DNA from: a virus
Taxonomy: Duplodnaviria > Heunggongvirae > Uroviricota > Caudoviricetes
Reading direction: 5' to 3' (one strand)
Virus record (IMG/VR): IMGVR_UViG_3300005264_000029
Coordinates: 64,001 to 125,063 of that record
DNA length: 61,063 bases
In this document: positions 16,361 to 26,213 of the stretch, one piece after another
Layout of the letters: each line of letters starts with the position of its first letter
How positions within the stretch are numbered: position 1 is the first letter of the stretch
The notes under the pieces: model-generated
Database searches by the model: none
The model's input: only the letters and a program-made list of their open reading frames with translations
Told to the model about the DNA's origin: nothing
Made by a program: the position numbers and the translations under genes

Positions 16361-17629
16361 TTATATATTTAGTTTAACTGGGTGTAACCATCGATTACAT
16401 AAGTAATCTACCCCTATCCCATTACATAATGTATTAATATTAAATTTTGGGATTACTTTTCTAATTATATTATACGAACCATTTGTGTCTGCGTTAATCT
16501 TGATGTTATTTTTAGACCTATACATTCCTCGTTTAATTCGTTTACCACTAAATCCATATTTAGTTTTAGGTGAGTGTTTATCTGGAAGTGTATCGTTATC
16601 TATAAATGAACATTTAGATGTGTAACTCTCGTTAGTTATTGATAATTTAATATTATGGTTCTCAAGCTTATACTCTAATTTCTTCATAAGCTGACCTAAC
16701 GAAATGTTTACGAAATTCTGATTGTTTCTTTTACCAATATTAATATTAGTAAGTGATTTACTTACATCACCAACGATTACTTTGGAGATATTATTCTCCA
16801 CGCACTTATTAGTAATTAGTCTACTTGTTTTATGTAGTAAATCATTCATTTGTTTATTACGTTTATCTGTAATCCTTTGTAATCTTTTACTCCAATGTCT
16901 ATCGTTTCTCTTTTTTAATATTGTTTTAGCTTTAGACATTTGTTTATTGTAAAATTGGTTTACCGACTTTAAAGCTTTACCATTAATATTGAAAGGTGTA
17001 ATTGTATTACTTGTACATGCAGCAATATTATTCAATCCTAAATCAATACCTAAAACATTATCATTCTTTTCAATTTGTTTATATTCTACTTCATCTTCAT
17101 ATACAAATACAGCTTCAAAATAATCATATCTTGGTATCACTTCAATTTGTTTAATTCTTCTATTCCTAATTTGTTTAGGGATATTAATAAGTAATCCTTT
17201 TTCTAATTGTGCTTGAGTATCCTTAATTTGAAACCTCTGGTAATCATATATTAAATTATGATGTATTACATCTTCTTTCAAATACTTAGGAGGTTCTGGT
17301 TTATTTAAGTATTTCTCAGGATGAATTTTCCAATCCTTTATAGCTTTATAGAATGATATCCAATTAGTATCTAGTTGTTTAATGATTTTCTGAGATACTC
17401 CAGCTTTAAGTAATTCAAAATTAATAGTGTTATCTAAGTTCTTCCTTTCCTTGATACTTGAATATAATGAATCGTAGCCTAAATGAGAACTTGTATATCT
17501 ATGATATTGTTTAATTAAATAATTTGCTTGATTATACAAATTCTTAGATATTGAAGTTAAATAGTATAATCTAGAAATATTAATTTTTGATAAATTCCTA
17601 ATTTTTACTTTAAAACTTCTGTTACTCAT
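16361..17629 (-). mobile_element. tnpB: TnpB (IS200/IS605 family, IS1341-like RNA-guided endonuclease) without TnpA
   Basis: GIDLGLNN, NESYTSKCSF.D, NADTNG..NI, and the 3' GGGATAGGGG..GTTACACCCAG tail typical of this clade. Confidence 0.9.
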
Positions 17630-17684
17630 TTTCTATAATATTATAAATACTTAGTTGTTTATAAATATATGTTTATCACTTAAT

Positions 17685-17791
17685 TGAAAAGTACTGGACT
17701 TGAACCAATATACAATTTACATGAAACCTCAAATCAACCTTTGGTCGCATGGGACTAAGGATTACAGGCAATTCCATTATGCGAACTTTTC
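17685..17791 (-). ncRNA. tRNA-like RNA (107 nt) with expanded anticodon region; identity unresolved
   Basis: GAAAAGT/ACTTTTC acceptor, D arm GCA-TAATGGAAT-TGC, T arm ATTGG/TTCAAGT/CCAGT, about 30 extra nt between them. Confidence 0.65.
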
Positions 17792-17795
17792 ATTA

Positions 17796-17839
17796 TACAT
17801 CCTACAGATTGAAACACAACTAACGAACTGTAGGATGTA
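17796..17839. other. 12-bp inverted repeat with 20-nt loop
   Basis: tacatcctacag / ctgtaggatgta. Confidence 0.85.
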
Positions 17840-17840
17840 A

Positions 17841-17944
17841 TTGTCTTGCCAAGGATTTGCACCTTGGAATGTCGAACAACGAGGGTCTTCCATCGACAAA
17901 CTCCCTCAGCTTTGTGCTGCGTTTACCTTTTCCGCCACAAGACA
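17841..17944 (-). ncRNA. tRNA-like RNA (104 nt) with a possible pseudoknot in place of the anticodon arm
   Basis: TGTCTTG/CAAGACA, GCG-GAAAAGGTAAA-CGC, CCAAGG/TGCAAAT/CCTTGG; internal GAGGG/CCCTC and TGTCGA/TCGACA pairings. Confidence 0.65.
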
Positions 17945-17991
17945 TTATATAGTATATAAAATATATACTTAAGAGTTTATAAATATATTGC

Positions 17992-18294
17992 TTATCTATC
18001 TTTTAAATTTTCTGATAGTTCATTTATAGATTTCTTTAATCTTCTATGTAATTCAGATGTTATCATAAGGCTTCCAGAAGTTAATATTAATGCTATAATA
18101 TTCATCATCATTATTACTTTATCATCTTGCACGTATGCGACTATAGATGTTATAAGTAGTACACATAATAAAATATAAAACAGTTTATGATTTTTTATAA
18201 TGTCAATATAAATGTTCTCTCCTTCCTTTAGAACCTTAGGTTTCTCTAACTCTATATACTCTACTCCTTGTTGGTTTATTTTATTTTCTTTCAT
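17992..18294 (-). CDS. membrane protein (2 TM)
   Basis: hydrophobic segments. Confidence 0.6.
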   Translation of the reverse strand: MKENKINQQGVEYIELEKPKVLKEGENIYIDIIKNHKLFYILLCVLLITSIVAYVQDDKVIMMMNIIALILTSGSLMITSELHRRLKKSINELSENLKDR

Positions 18295-18331
18295 TTTTTT
18301 TTAATCATAAGTGTTTTTATTATCTTTCATA

Positions 18332-18595
18332 TTATATATTTTTTAGTAATTTATTACAATGTAAATCAACATAATCTATATAAACATGATCACTATAATT
18401 CAGTGTTGATTTATATTGTAACAAGCATTTTGTATTGTAAACTTCTAATCTTTTTGATTCATTATATTCATACCACGCATCGTGTATTATATAATTAGTA
18501 TAATTGAAATTTTTAGCATCGTCAATAATATATGCAGTAGTAACTAAAACTATTAATAATGCCAACATCATAAATGTGAATTTACTATCTTTCAT
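18332..18595 (-). CDS. membrane-anchored hypothetical protein
   Basis: N-terminal TM helix. Confidence 0.6.
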   Translation of the reverse strand: MKDSKFTFMMLALLIVLVTTAYIIDDAKNFNYTNYIIHDAWYEYNESKRLEVYNTKCLLQYKSTLNYSDHVYIDYVDLHCNKLLKNI

Positions 18596-18601
18596 TTTTA
18601 A

Positions 18602-18868
18602 TTATATATTTAACCAATGTTCAAATTTTTTATAACACTTTTTACATAAATCAAATTGTCTATTTTTAGTATTTGCTTCTTGTGAAGATAATTTATCTTT
18701 TAAAATCCTAGCTTTATATCCACCACATTTATTTACAATATTACTCCAATGTTTATTTCTTCTTTTAGAATAAGCTCTATTTCCCCTTCCCTTTCCTATG
18801 TAAAATACTGAATCAGTATCATTACGTATATGAGCATATACATAATAATCATTATTTTCTACTTCCAT
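18602..18868 (-). CDS. truncated GIY-YIG (LEM-3-like) nuclease domain
   Basis: YYVYAH...FYIGKG.GNRA; only 88 aa. Confidence 0.65.
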   Translation of the reverse strand: MEVENNDYYVYAHIRNDTDSVFYIGKGRGNRAYSKRRNKHWSNIVNKCGGYKARILKDKLSSQEANTKNRQFDLCKKCYKKFEHWLNI

Positions 18869-18906
18869 AAATGATATTAATAGTTAAGTGTTTATAAATG
18901 TATCGT

Positions 18907-20523
18907 TCATCCTACGATTCTCTCAGTATACTTTTTAGCTATCTTCATAATACGTTCACGTTTATCAAGGAAATACTTTTCTTCAAAGGTATCCTGCACT
19001 GTTATGTAGTATACCTTGGAATCATGATCCTTCTTTCTGAGGCTACGGCCGAGCCGCTGTAGGAATTGTCGCTCCGTACTGTTCTGGGCCATAATTATCG
19101 AGCAGTCTATTGCGGGAACATTGAAGCCCTCGTCCAAAATTAGACTCGCCAAAACGACCTCCAGAGCACCGGATTCAAAATCACGTAAGATCTCGGACTG
19201 CTTTGCTGAAGAAATATCGGAATTCATTATATCACATTTAACATCGTCTTCTTGTAGTTCCCAATACAGATCACGAGACATAGCATTTAATTGATTGAAC
19301 ACTAATATCTTTGATCCTTTATTTTCTGCAATGATTCCTCTAGCTACTACAGATTTCTGGGAGTAATTAGATATTAATTTCTTCCTGTCCTGCATTAACT
19401 TAAGTACTGCAGCATGTGCTGGGTTACTTCCTTTTAACTTAGATAAATCCATTCCACCAAGTGAATGAATTGCGGCTGTTAATCTCTGAGACATATTTTC
19501 ATATTGATCTCTTGTCTCTTCATCCATAATAATACTTATATGATAAAACTCGAACTGATTAAGTATTCCATCATTGAGAGCCTCTTCAATATCATAAACA
19601 AATATATTATAATCAAAACAGGCTTTAATTTTTATATGATTCCTATCTTGTCTTTCAAGAGTTGCAGTAAGTCCAATCTTATATGGTTTATCTATTGAAA
19701 TCAATTTCATATAATTAGCTGTTCCATAATTGTGAAGTTCATCATATATAATACAATCAAAAGAATCTATGATACCTGAATCGACTAGATTTTTCATAGA
19801 TTGAATACTTACCATGGTAATCTGAGAAAACTCTCTAGTAAACCCATTATACAATCCAATCTTATCTATTCCAATACCGAACTTATATAAATCCTCAAGC
19901 CACGCTTGTTCTAGTATAACATTCTTTGGTCCAACAATTAATATCTTCATATGTGGATCTTTTTCAATTAGTTTCTTAATAACATAAATTGCGAATGCTG
20001 TCTTCCCTGAATTTGAAACTATGATACTGTTTGCTATAAAATTATGATTGTCATGTACATTAACAATATCGTATGTTTTCTGTTTACCCTTTGGTGTTAT
20101 TGATTTTACTTGTGAAGCATTAATTAATAAGTTATCTTTATAGACTCTTATGATTTGACCAACTTCTAAATCTTTAGTCTTTGTGTATTCTCTTATTTGA
20201 TTTAGGAATGGATGATCTTCTGTAGCTTTTACTTTCATACCATTATTAAGTTCAACTTCATATACTTCAGCAATCTTAGAAAATACTGCACCATCAGATT
20301 CTTTATATTCAAATTTCATCGATTTGATATTAAACGATAAGACTTCTATTCCTTTATTACCCACAAAATCTTTTATAGGTCTAACACCATATTTTTTAGT
20401 ATGAATTAATGTATCACCTGTTAAACAACCTGTCGCAACATTATAGATAGATCTAGGATTATCTTTAAAAAATTCATATGCTCTTGCTTGCCATCCACGT
20501 AATTTTATTTCAAACTCATTCAT
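18907..20523 (-). CDS. SF2 DExH helicase (XPB/Rad25-like) with a 139-aa mini-intein (20427-20011) in Walker A
   Basis: ATG/[CLTGDT...IVSN]/SGKT, IYDELH, GLTAT, EGFNVP, QRLGRSLR. Confidence 0.9.
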   Translation of the reverse strand: MNEFEIKLRGWQARAYEFFKDNPRSIYNVATGCLTGDTLIHTKKYGVRPIKDFVGNKGIEVLSFNIKSMKFEYKESDGAVFSKIAEVYEVELNNGMKVKATEDHPFLNQIREYTKTKDLEVGQIIRVYKDNLLINASQVKSITPKGKQKTYDIVNVHDNHNFIANSIIVSNSGKTAFAIYVIKKLIEKDPHMKILIVGPKNVILEQAWLEDLYKFGIGIDKIGLYNGFTREFSQITMVSIQSMKNLVDSGIIDSFDCIIYDELHNYGTANYMKLISIDKPYKIGLTATLERQDRNHIKIKACFDYNIFVYDIEEALNDGILNQFEFYHISIIMDEETRDQYENMSQRLTAAIHSLGGMDLSKLKGSNPAHAAVLKLMQDRKKLISNYSQKSVVARGIIAENKGSKILVFNQLNAMSRDLYWELQEDDVKCDIMNSDISSAKQSEILRDFESGALEVVLASLILDEGFNVPAIDCSIIMAQNSTERQFLQRLGRSLRKKDHDSKVYYITVQDTFEEKYFLDKRERIMKIAKKYTERIVG

Positions 20524-22559
20524 TTTTTAATATTTTTTCAAATTGTATTTCTATATACGATTCTACATTTTTACTAAACAATCTAAAACCTGATTCATAT
20601 TTAACTGCTACACGACAAATATTTTCTATTTTATATCCAAACAACATTTCAATTATGTCATGGTCGTAAAGATATATAGAAATATTGTTATCGGTTTCTG
20701 CAACCAATTTAAATAATCCTACAGGATTGGTACATTCAAAATATGTAAATTCCTTAGCCTTCACATCTTTAAGAATCCTTTCTTTCAATTCTTTCATATA
20801 TATCTTCTTTTTAATATTCCTATAATACCCCATTATCCTTTCACTCTGCTATCACTTCGTTTAAAACTCGAAGCAATATTCTCGATTTCACCTATGGTTA
20901 AGGACATTTTCTTAATTTGTATTTGTTTAATCTTATATCTAATTACCTTTCTTACAACTAAGAACATAATTATCTTATATACCATGTACCACATCATATA
21001 AACTTCGAAGTTCATAATTTAAACCACCTCAGAAAATTAACTATAAAATTATGATTATTTGGATTGTATAGATCAAACTCTTTATCCATATCAAATACTT
21101 TACCATTATCTGAATTTTCAGTATACATTAATAATGTTTCATAATTATAATTCTCAAATGTTACTATATCACCGGTTCGACATTCAAATATTATCTTACC
21201 CTTTCTATATGATGGTGCTACCTTAATACCACTAGGTGATCCAGGATTTATCCAACACCTTGTATCCTCAGGTAGATTCTTAAAAGTAAACATAAGATCT
21301 TTTATGTCTTCTTTTACCTCACTAAACTCAGCATCCCTTATATCTTTCTTATTAATTATTTTTGACATTTATCATCTGCAAATTGTAAAGCTTTTCGTAA
21401 CTCTCTTCTTTTTAATTCCTCAAGACTTTCTTCAAACAACATTTTAAGTTCTTCATCATCAGCCTTTCCTAACATTCTTTTAAGTCTATTTTTCTTTTCT
21501 AATTCCATCATCTTTCTAGATTTCTAAATCGTTCTTTTAAACATTGATTACATGCAGATGTTTCTCCTCTATACCCTTCTCTATTACATTTACACATAGA
21601 AAATGTATGTATACCGGGTTTATTATTCCAATCAATTTCCCAAAGTAATCTATTCATCTCTTCTCTATTCATTCTACAAATACCTCAGAACTATCAGATA
21701 TTAATTTGATTCCTTTAATTGCCGAAATCGGAATAATATTATGATAATATAAATTAGATTTTTCATTATGTATTGTAAGAGTTACAAACTTTCCTTGAAT
21801 TTCTTTAATAACACCTTTAGTAATTGTTGGAACATGATAACATATCTTATAGCTTCCTTTAGCTTTACTATAATTAATATATGTTATATATTTTTTATTA
21901 ATCATCATTTCATCATGTTCTTGTTTAACACAATAAAAATCATCTACCTTTTCATATCCGTCAACAATCATAACATATGTTTTTGAAAAATTAATAACAC
22001 ATTCCTTATTCAATTGGTTATTTAATATTCTACTATTACTACTCAATTTTAATTAACTCCGATATATTTGTTTCCATTGCATAATTTATTCCAAACTTAG
22101 GTTGTATAAAAGATTCGGGGCACATAGATTCTAATGTTGAATCTGGCATTTTCTTATCAAATACATATACTTCCCTACCACATGTTATTGTTGTTTTATA
22201 GTTTTCGGGATCATTTACTTGTTCAATATAAAATCCTAAACTAACAAGAATTGCAATCATATATATAACAATCATTCCTTTTTGACCTTTAGATAATTCT
22301 TTGAATTTTTTCATTGTCCTTCATACTCCCTAACAGTTTTCATATATACTTCTTGAAATCCTTGCATTAATTTATCATAGTTTAAACATGTTGTATTAAT
22401 ATTATAAGCACCACTTACAGGTTTCGATCGAGGTAAAATATTTATATCATGTAAATTTCTGGATAATATAAAAGCAACACATTCATTATGATCACCATAT
22501 GTTACAATATTTCTATTGTCTCCTACTTCTTTATATGTTTTAATTATATCTTCTATCAT
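20516..22559 (-). other. run of short translationally coupled hypothetical ORFs (20516-20833, 20833-21015, 21012-21368, 21669-22046, 22039-22314, 22311-22559)
   Basis: ORF track; ATGA-type overlaps; no recognisable motifs. Confidence 0.65.
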
Positions 22560-22750
22560 TTTTCATTTACTTTATTTAATTTATTTAATCTTCTATCAAA
22601 ACATGATTGACATAATGTTCTTTTATAATAAATAATATTATCACAATTCTGACATTGTTTCATTTTTATCATTTTTGATCTTTTACTCATTTTTATTAGA
22701 TTCACATTTATGATGCGTACAATCAGTATCATTACTCATTTCAATATGGT

Positions 22751-23188
22751 TCATTTTACAATACAAGATCTTTGGAGTTCAGATGTTTTAAACTTATCCC
22801 AATTAAATTTGTTTGATTGGGAATTATATTCCTGACACAAATAATTATAAGATGATATAACTCCTGTTAATTCAGATTCCCATAACCATAATTGTTCTCT
22901 ATCCTGTCTACTCCATTCTTGCGGTGTTGAATTACCATAAAAATCTTTCATTGAATTAATCTTAGATTGATAAGCTATAGTGTCTTGTTCTTTTTTTACC
23001 AATTGTGCATCTGCATCTTTAAACCATTCGTATTTAGTAAGCATTGCTTTAGCACCAAACTCTTCATGTGCTACTTGTGATGCCCCACCTAGCCATCCTA
23101 ACATATTCATAGTAATTAATCCGATAACAAAAAGTGAAATTATTCCAATAATTGATAATAACCCTCCTTGTTTATTCATCGTTGTCAT
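22751..23188 (-). CDS. membrane-anchored coiled-coil protein
   Basis: N-terminal TM, then YEWF...coiled coil...YNSQS. Confidence 0.7.
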   Translation of the reverse strand: MTTMNKQGGLLSIIGIISLFVIGLITMNMLGWLGGASQVAHEEFGAKAMLTKYEWFKDADAQLVKKEQDTIAYQSKINSMKDFYGNSTPQEWSRQDREQLWLWESELTGVISSYNYLCQEYNSQSNKFNWDKFKTSELQRSCIVK

Positions 23189-23357
23189 CTCCCAATCTTA
23201 AATAATATTGTGTTAGCATACCTATAATTACTAATAACAAAATTATAATAATTGCTATCTGTGCTACATATCCTAAATAATTAGCAATTATTATAATTGT
23301 AGGAAATAATATAAGAAATGTAATTACAACTAAAAATCCTGCTTGTGCTTCATTCAT
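23172..23357 (-). CDS. small membrane protein
   Basis: two TM segments. Confidence 0.55.
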   Translation of the reverse strand: MNEAQAGFLVVITFLILFPTIIIIANYLGYVAQIAIIIILLLVIIGMLTQYYLRLGDDNDE

Positions 23358-23869
23358 TCTGTATATACCTCTTGTTCTGTAATAATTGAATTAAACGTAA
23401 GTGGTCCATCTGAGATATGTAAAACTTCATTACCTAAATAATGTTGATGATAAATATCTTTAGTGTCCCACCAATAAATATAATTTCCTGAATGACCATA
23501 AGTACCATCATCACCAATTCTTTCACCTAAAGCCCAGTATCCATTTCCACCAGAATAATACCCTGTTTGACTTGATGTTAATCTTTTTCCACCAGAAGTT
23601 ACCTTTCCTTTAACTGTTGAATATAATATCACCTGTCCAGAATAAGGACTTATAATATATAAATGTTTAATTGCACCTGGCAAATTTTCCATCTCATACC
23701 TTTTCCTGATATTGTTTTGTTCTGCAGTTAATCCATTAGCTTGTGTTTTTACTAATGCAGATACTTTAGATACTCCACTATCACTTACTGGACCAGTTGA
23801 TCTATCTTCACATCCAGTAAATAATAGAATTCCCATAATCATTAATATCATTAATATATTTTTTTTCAT
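23354..23869 (-). CDS. putative lipoprotein
   Basis: MKKNILMILMIMGILLFTG/C lipobox-like signal. Confidence 0.7.
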   Translation of the reverse strand: MKKNILMILMIMGILLFTGCEDRSTGPVSDSGVSKVSALVKTQANGLTAEQNNIRKRYEMENLPGAIKHLYIISPYSGQVILYSTVKGKVTSGGKRLTSSQTGYYSGGNGYWALGERIGDDGTYGHSGNYIYWWDTKDIYHQHYLGNEVLHISDGPLTFNSIITEQEVYTE

Positions 23870-23923
23870 TTTTTTTTTAATATAGGGTATTGATCCTATT
23901 AAGTATTATAAATACTTAGTTGT

Positions 23924-24130
23924 TTATAAACCTTCTGCTTTCCAAAGGTCATCTTCATACTTAATCATATTTTCAAATCCTATATCTGGAATATCAAAAT
24001 AAATATTATTTATTAAAATACCAGATTTAATAAATGTGAAAAATGTTTTACATTTTTGCTTTCTACATTTATATTCAGCCATATCAAATTCTTGTTCTAC
24101 ATCTTTTTTATATTTCAAACCTGTTTCCAT
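23924..24130 (-). CDS. hypothetical protein
   Basis: 68-aa ORF. Confidence 0.6.
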   Translation of the reverse strand: METGLKYKKDVEQEFDMAEYKCRKQKCKTFFTFIKSGILINNIYFDIPDIGFENMIKYEDDLWKAEGL

Positions 24131-24339
24131 ATTTTTCTTTAAATTCTTTTTCTTGTTTTTCCCTTTCCTTTAGATCTTGAAGAGCTTTATCAAAATCTAA
24201 ATGATTATTAAAATATCTTCTATCCAATTTTATACATCACGCTGTGATAATATATACTATTCAATGAAATGATATAAGAAGGTGTTGTCGCTAGAATTCA
24301 GTATTTGATATTTACTATTATTAAGTTATAAAGAAATAA

Positions 24340-24374
24340 GTATTTATAATTAAAAGCCATTTAATTATAAATAC
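24340..24374. other. 15-bp AT-rich inverted repeat, 5-nt loop
   Basis: gtatttataattaaa agcca tttaattataaatac. Confidence 0.75.
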
Positions 24375-24400
24375 GACTGGAGTGATAGCGAAAGAAGTAT

Positions 24401-24574
24401 TTATAAGTTGTTTTTTAAGTCTGTTCTGTTTTTACGTGTTTCATAATATATCTTTCCTCTAACAGACATTCTTTTACCTGGAGGCATAGCAGTTATCATT
24501 TTATCCATCCGGATATTTTTAATTGTTCCAGATTGTTTTTTTACTGTTGTAAGTACTTTTGAAAGATTTTTCAT
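24401..24574 (-). CDS. 57-aa basic protein (AMPPGKRMS..GKIYYETRKNRTD)
   Basis: hand translation; TATA (tacatatataaa) upstream. Confidence 0.7.
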   Translation of the reverse strand: MKNLSKVLTTVKKQSGTIKNIRMDKMITAMPPGKRMSVRGKIYYETRKNRTDLKNNL

Positions 24575-24617
24575 AATATAATAATAATGATTATTATTTA
24601 TATATGTATTTATTATC

Positions 24618-24670
24618 TATTGAACTACTCCTACCTAAAGGAAGGAGACTTCTCACATTTCAGTTAAAAA
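24618..24670 (+). mobile_element. IS200/IS605-type element end remnant
   Basis: ATTGAACTACTCCTACCTAAAGGAAGGAGACTTCT resembles the GTCAACTACCC..CTAAAG..GGGCTT terminal hairpin; no associated ORF. Confidence 0.5.
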
Positions 24671-24738
24671 CAGTGAACGAACTGTGTCCAATTATAGAAG
24701 ACTTTTTCTTTAAGTTGTAAGATTATTCAAAACAATAT

Positions 24739-24950
24739 CAATCGTTGTAATATAATCTTAATAGCAATATGTAAATGGTTAATTATCTTGACACAAGTAA
24801 TAACAATCGTTGTAATATAATCTTAATAGCAATATGTGACACAAGTAATATCAATCGTTGTAATATAATCTTAATAGCAATATGTAAATGGTTAATTATC
24901 TTGACACAAGTAATAACAATCGTTGTAATATAATCTTAATAGCAATATGT
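24739..24950. repeat. four copies of a 34-bp unit (24739, 24804, 24852, 24917) in a 113-bp higher-order duplication
   Basis: caatcgttgtaatataatcttaatagcaatatgt x4; linkers 31/14/31 nt, first and third identical. Confidence 0.95.
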
Positions 24951-25001
24951 GAATCACAAACGTTATAGTAAAAAATACTGAAACATCATTTATCATTTTT
25001 A

Positions 25002-25217
25002 TTATAAAATACATTTTCGATTATCATGATTGTATTTACACAATCCAAATGTTGAAATACCAAACAAAATAATAAGTGTCGCTAACTCATTTGAGTTCAA
25101 AGTTACACCTTCAAGTATTACCATAAGTGGTGCAACAAACATAAAAGAAATTGCAAACATTACTGCAATTAAATCTATATAATTTCTTATAGAAATAATG
25201 ATATTTTTACTATTCAA
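25002..25217 (-). CDS. small membrane protein
   Basis: two TM segments. Confidence 0.55.
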   Translation of the reverse strand: MNSKNIIISIRNYIDLIAVMFAISFMFVAPLMVILEGVTLNSNELATLIILFGISTFGLCKYNHDNRKCIL

Positions 25218-25219
25218 TT

Positions 25220-25381
25220 TTACTTACTTTTCTGTAAGAATTCTCTCACTAATTTTCTAAATAATTTCGACTTATCCATGTTGAAAATATTAGCCCTAAA
25301 CATCAAAGCGTCACTGTTAAATTTTGGACACTTAAATGATATCAATTTTACCTGATCATGTTGATCTATTTTTACTGACAT
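25220..25381 (-). CDS. ribbon-helix-helix DNA-binding protein (53 aa)
   Basis: KLISFKCP...NMDKSKLFRKLVREFL; consensus promoter at 25385-25415. Confidence 0.6.
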   Translation of the reverse strand: MSVKIDQHDQVKLISFKCPKFNSDALMFRANIFNMDKSKLFRKLVREFLQKSK

Positions 25382-25414
25382 AATATATATAAACAATTGA
25401 ATGTTTATAAACTT

Positions 25415-25960
25415 TTGTAATGTTTATTATCGTCCAAATAAATCCTTACAGGAATTTAAAATTACAGCGGTTTACTAGAGTGGTCCTGAAAAAGTCGTAG
25501 TCATTTTCAAGTGGTGAAAAAAAACGCTATTGACAAAACTTTGATATTTCGACCATGCTATCAAATATGGTGTAAGCCCTGTAATGAATATACTATATAT
25601 ATATATATATAATAAGAAGAAGTACCTCAAGTATCATTACAGCAATTTTTTTAGGCCCTAAATACACCCCTTTTGCTGTAATGGCGCTGTAAGGATTTTT
25701 TATATGAAGAATATTGATACTATATACACATTTTAAGGTGATATAGATTTTTTTTTAGAAAAAAAATAACAAAAATGGTGTTAGGATTTCCGATACTATG
25801 TTTAGTGACAACAACTTTTAAATAATTTCGATATAAACACTTAAGTATTAAGTTTTTAAAAATCCTTACAGCGAAAACTTTTTCTTTACATATAGTAGTA
25901 TCATAATATCCTTACATATATTATTTTTACATTACAAGATTACACCAGAAAAGGAAAAGT
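25415..25960. other. candidate replication origin
   Basis: strand-switch intergenic region; AAATCCTTACAG at 25440, 25860 and inverted at 25687; about 10 further TTACA(G); (TA)n tract near 25595; directly upstream of primase-helicase genes. Confidence 0.55.
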
Positions 25961-26213
25961 TTATAAACATGCTAATATTTGTAATATATACAGTCAGAAT
26001 AAGAGTGATAGGAGACCGATCTCTCCCATCATTAATTCTTAATAGATGGACTTTTTTAAACCTTCCTTTTATTCAGATTTTCAGTATACAAAATGGGAAA
26101 AAATACATACGAAAATTGGTTAGAATTAACAGGAAATATAACACCTATTTCTACAGATAAAAACGATAGAAGAATTGCTACTTTTAATACTATAAAAGGA
26201 GGATATAAATAAA

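Noticed and set aside
17841-17944. Hammerhead ribozyme (CTGAG) or selenocysteine tRNA
   Set aside because: The core reads CTGAGGG rather than CUGANGA with a matching GAAA, and there is no UCA anticodon loop
24739-24950. CRISPR array
   Set aside because: Linkers are unequal (31/14/31), two are identical and all share sequence; no cas genes or leader
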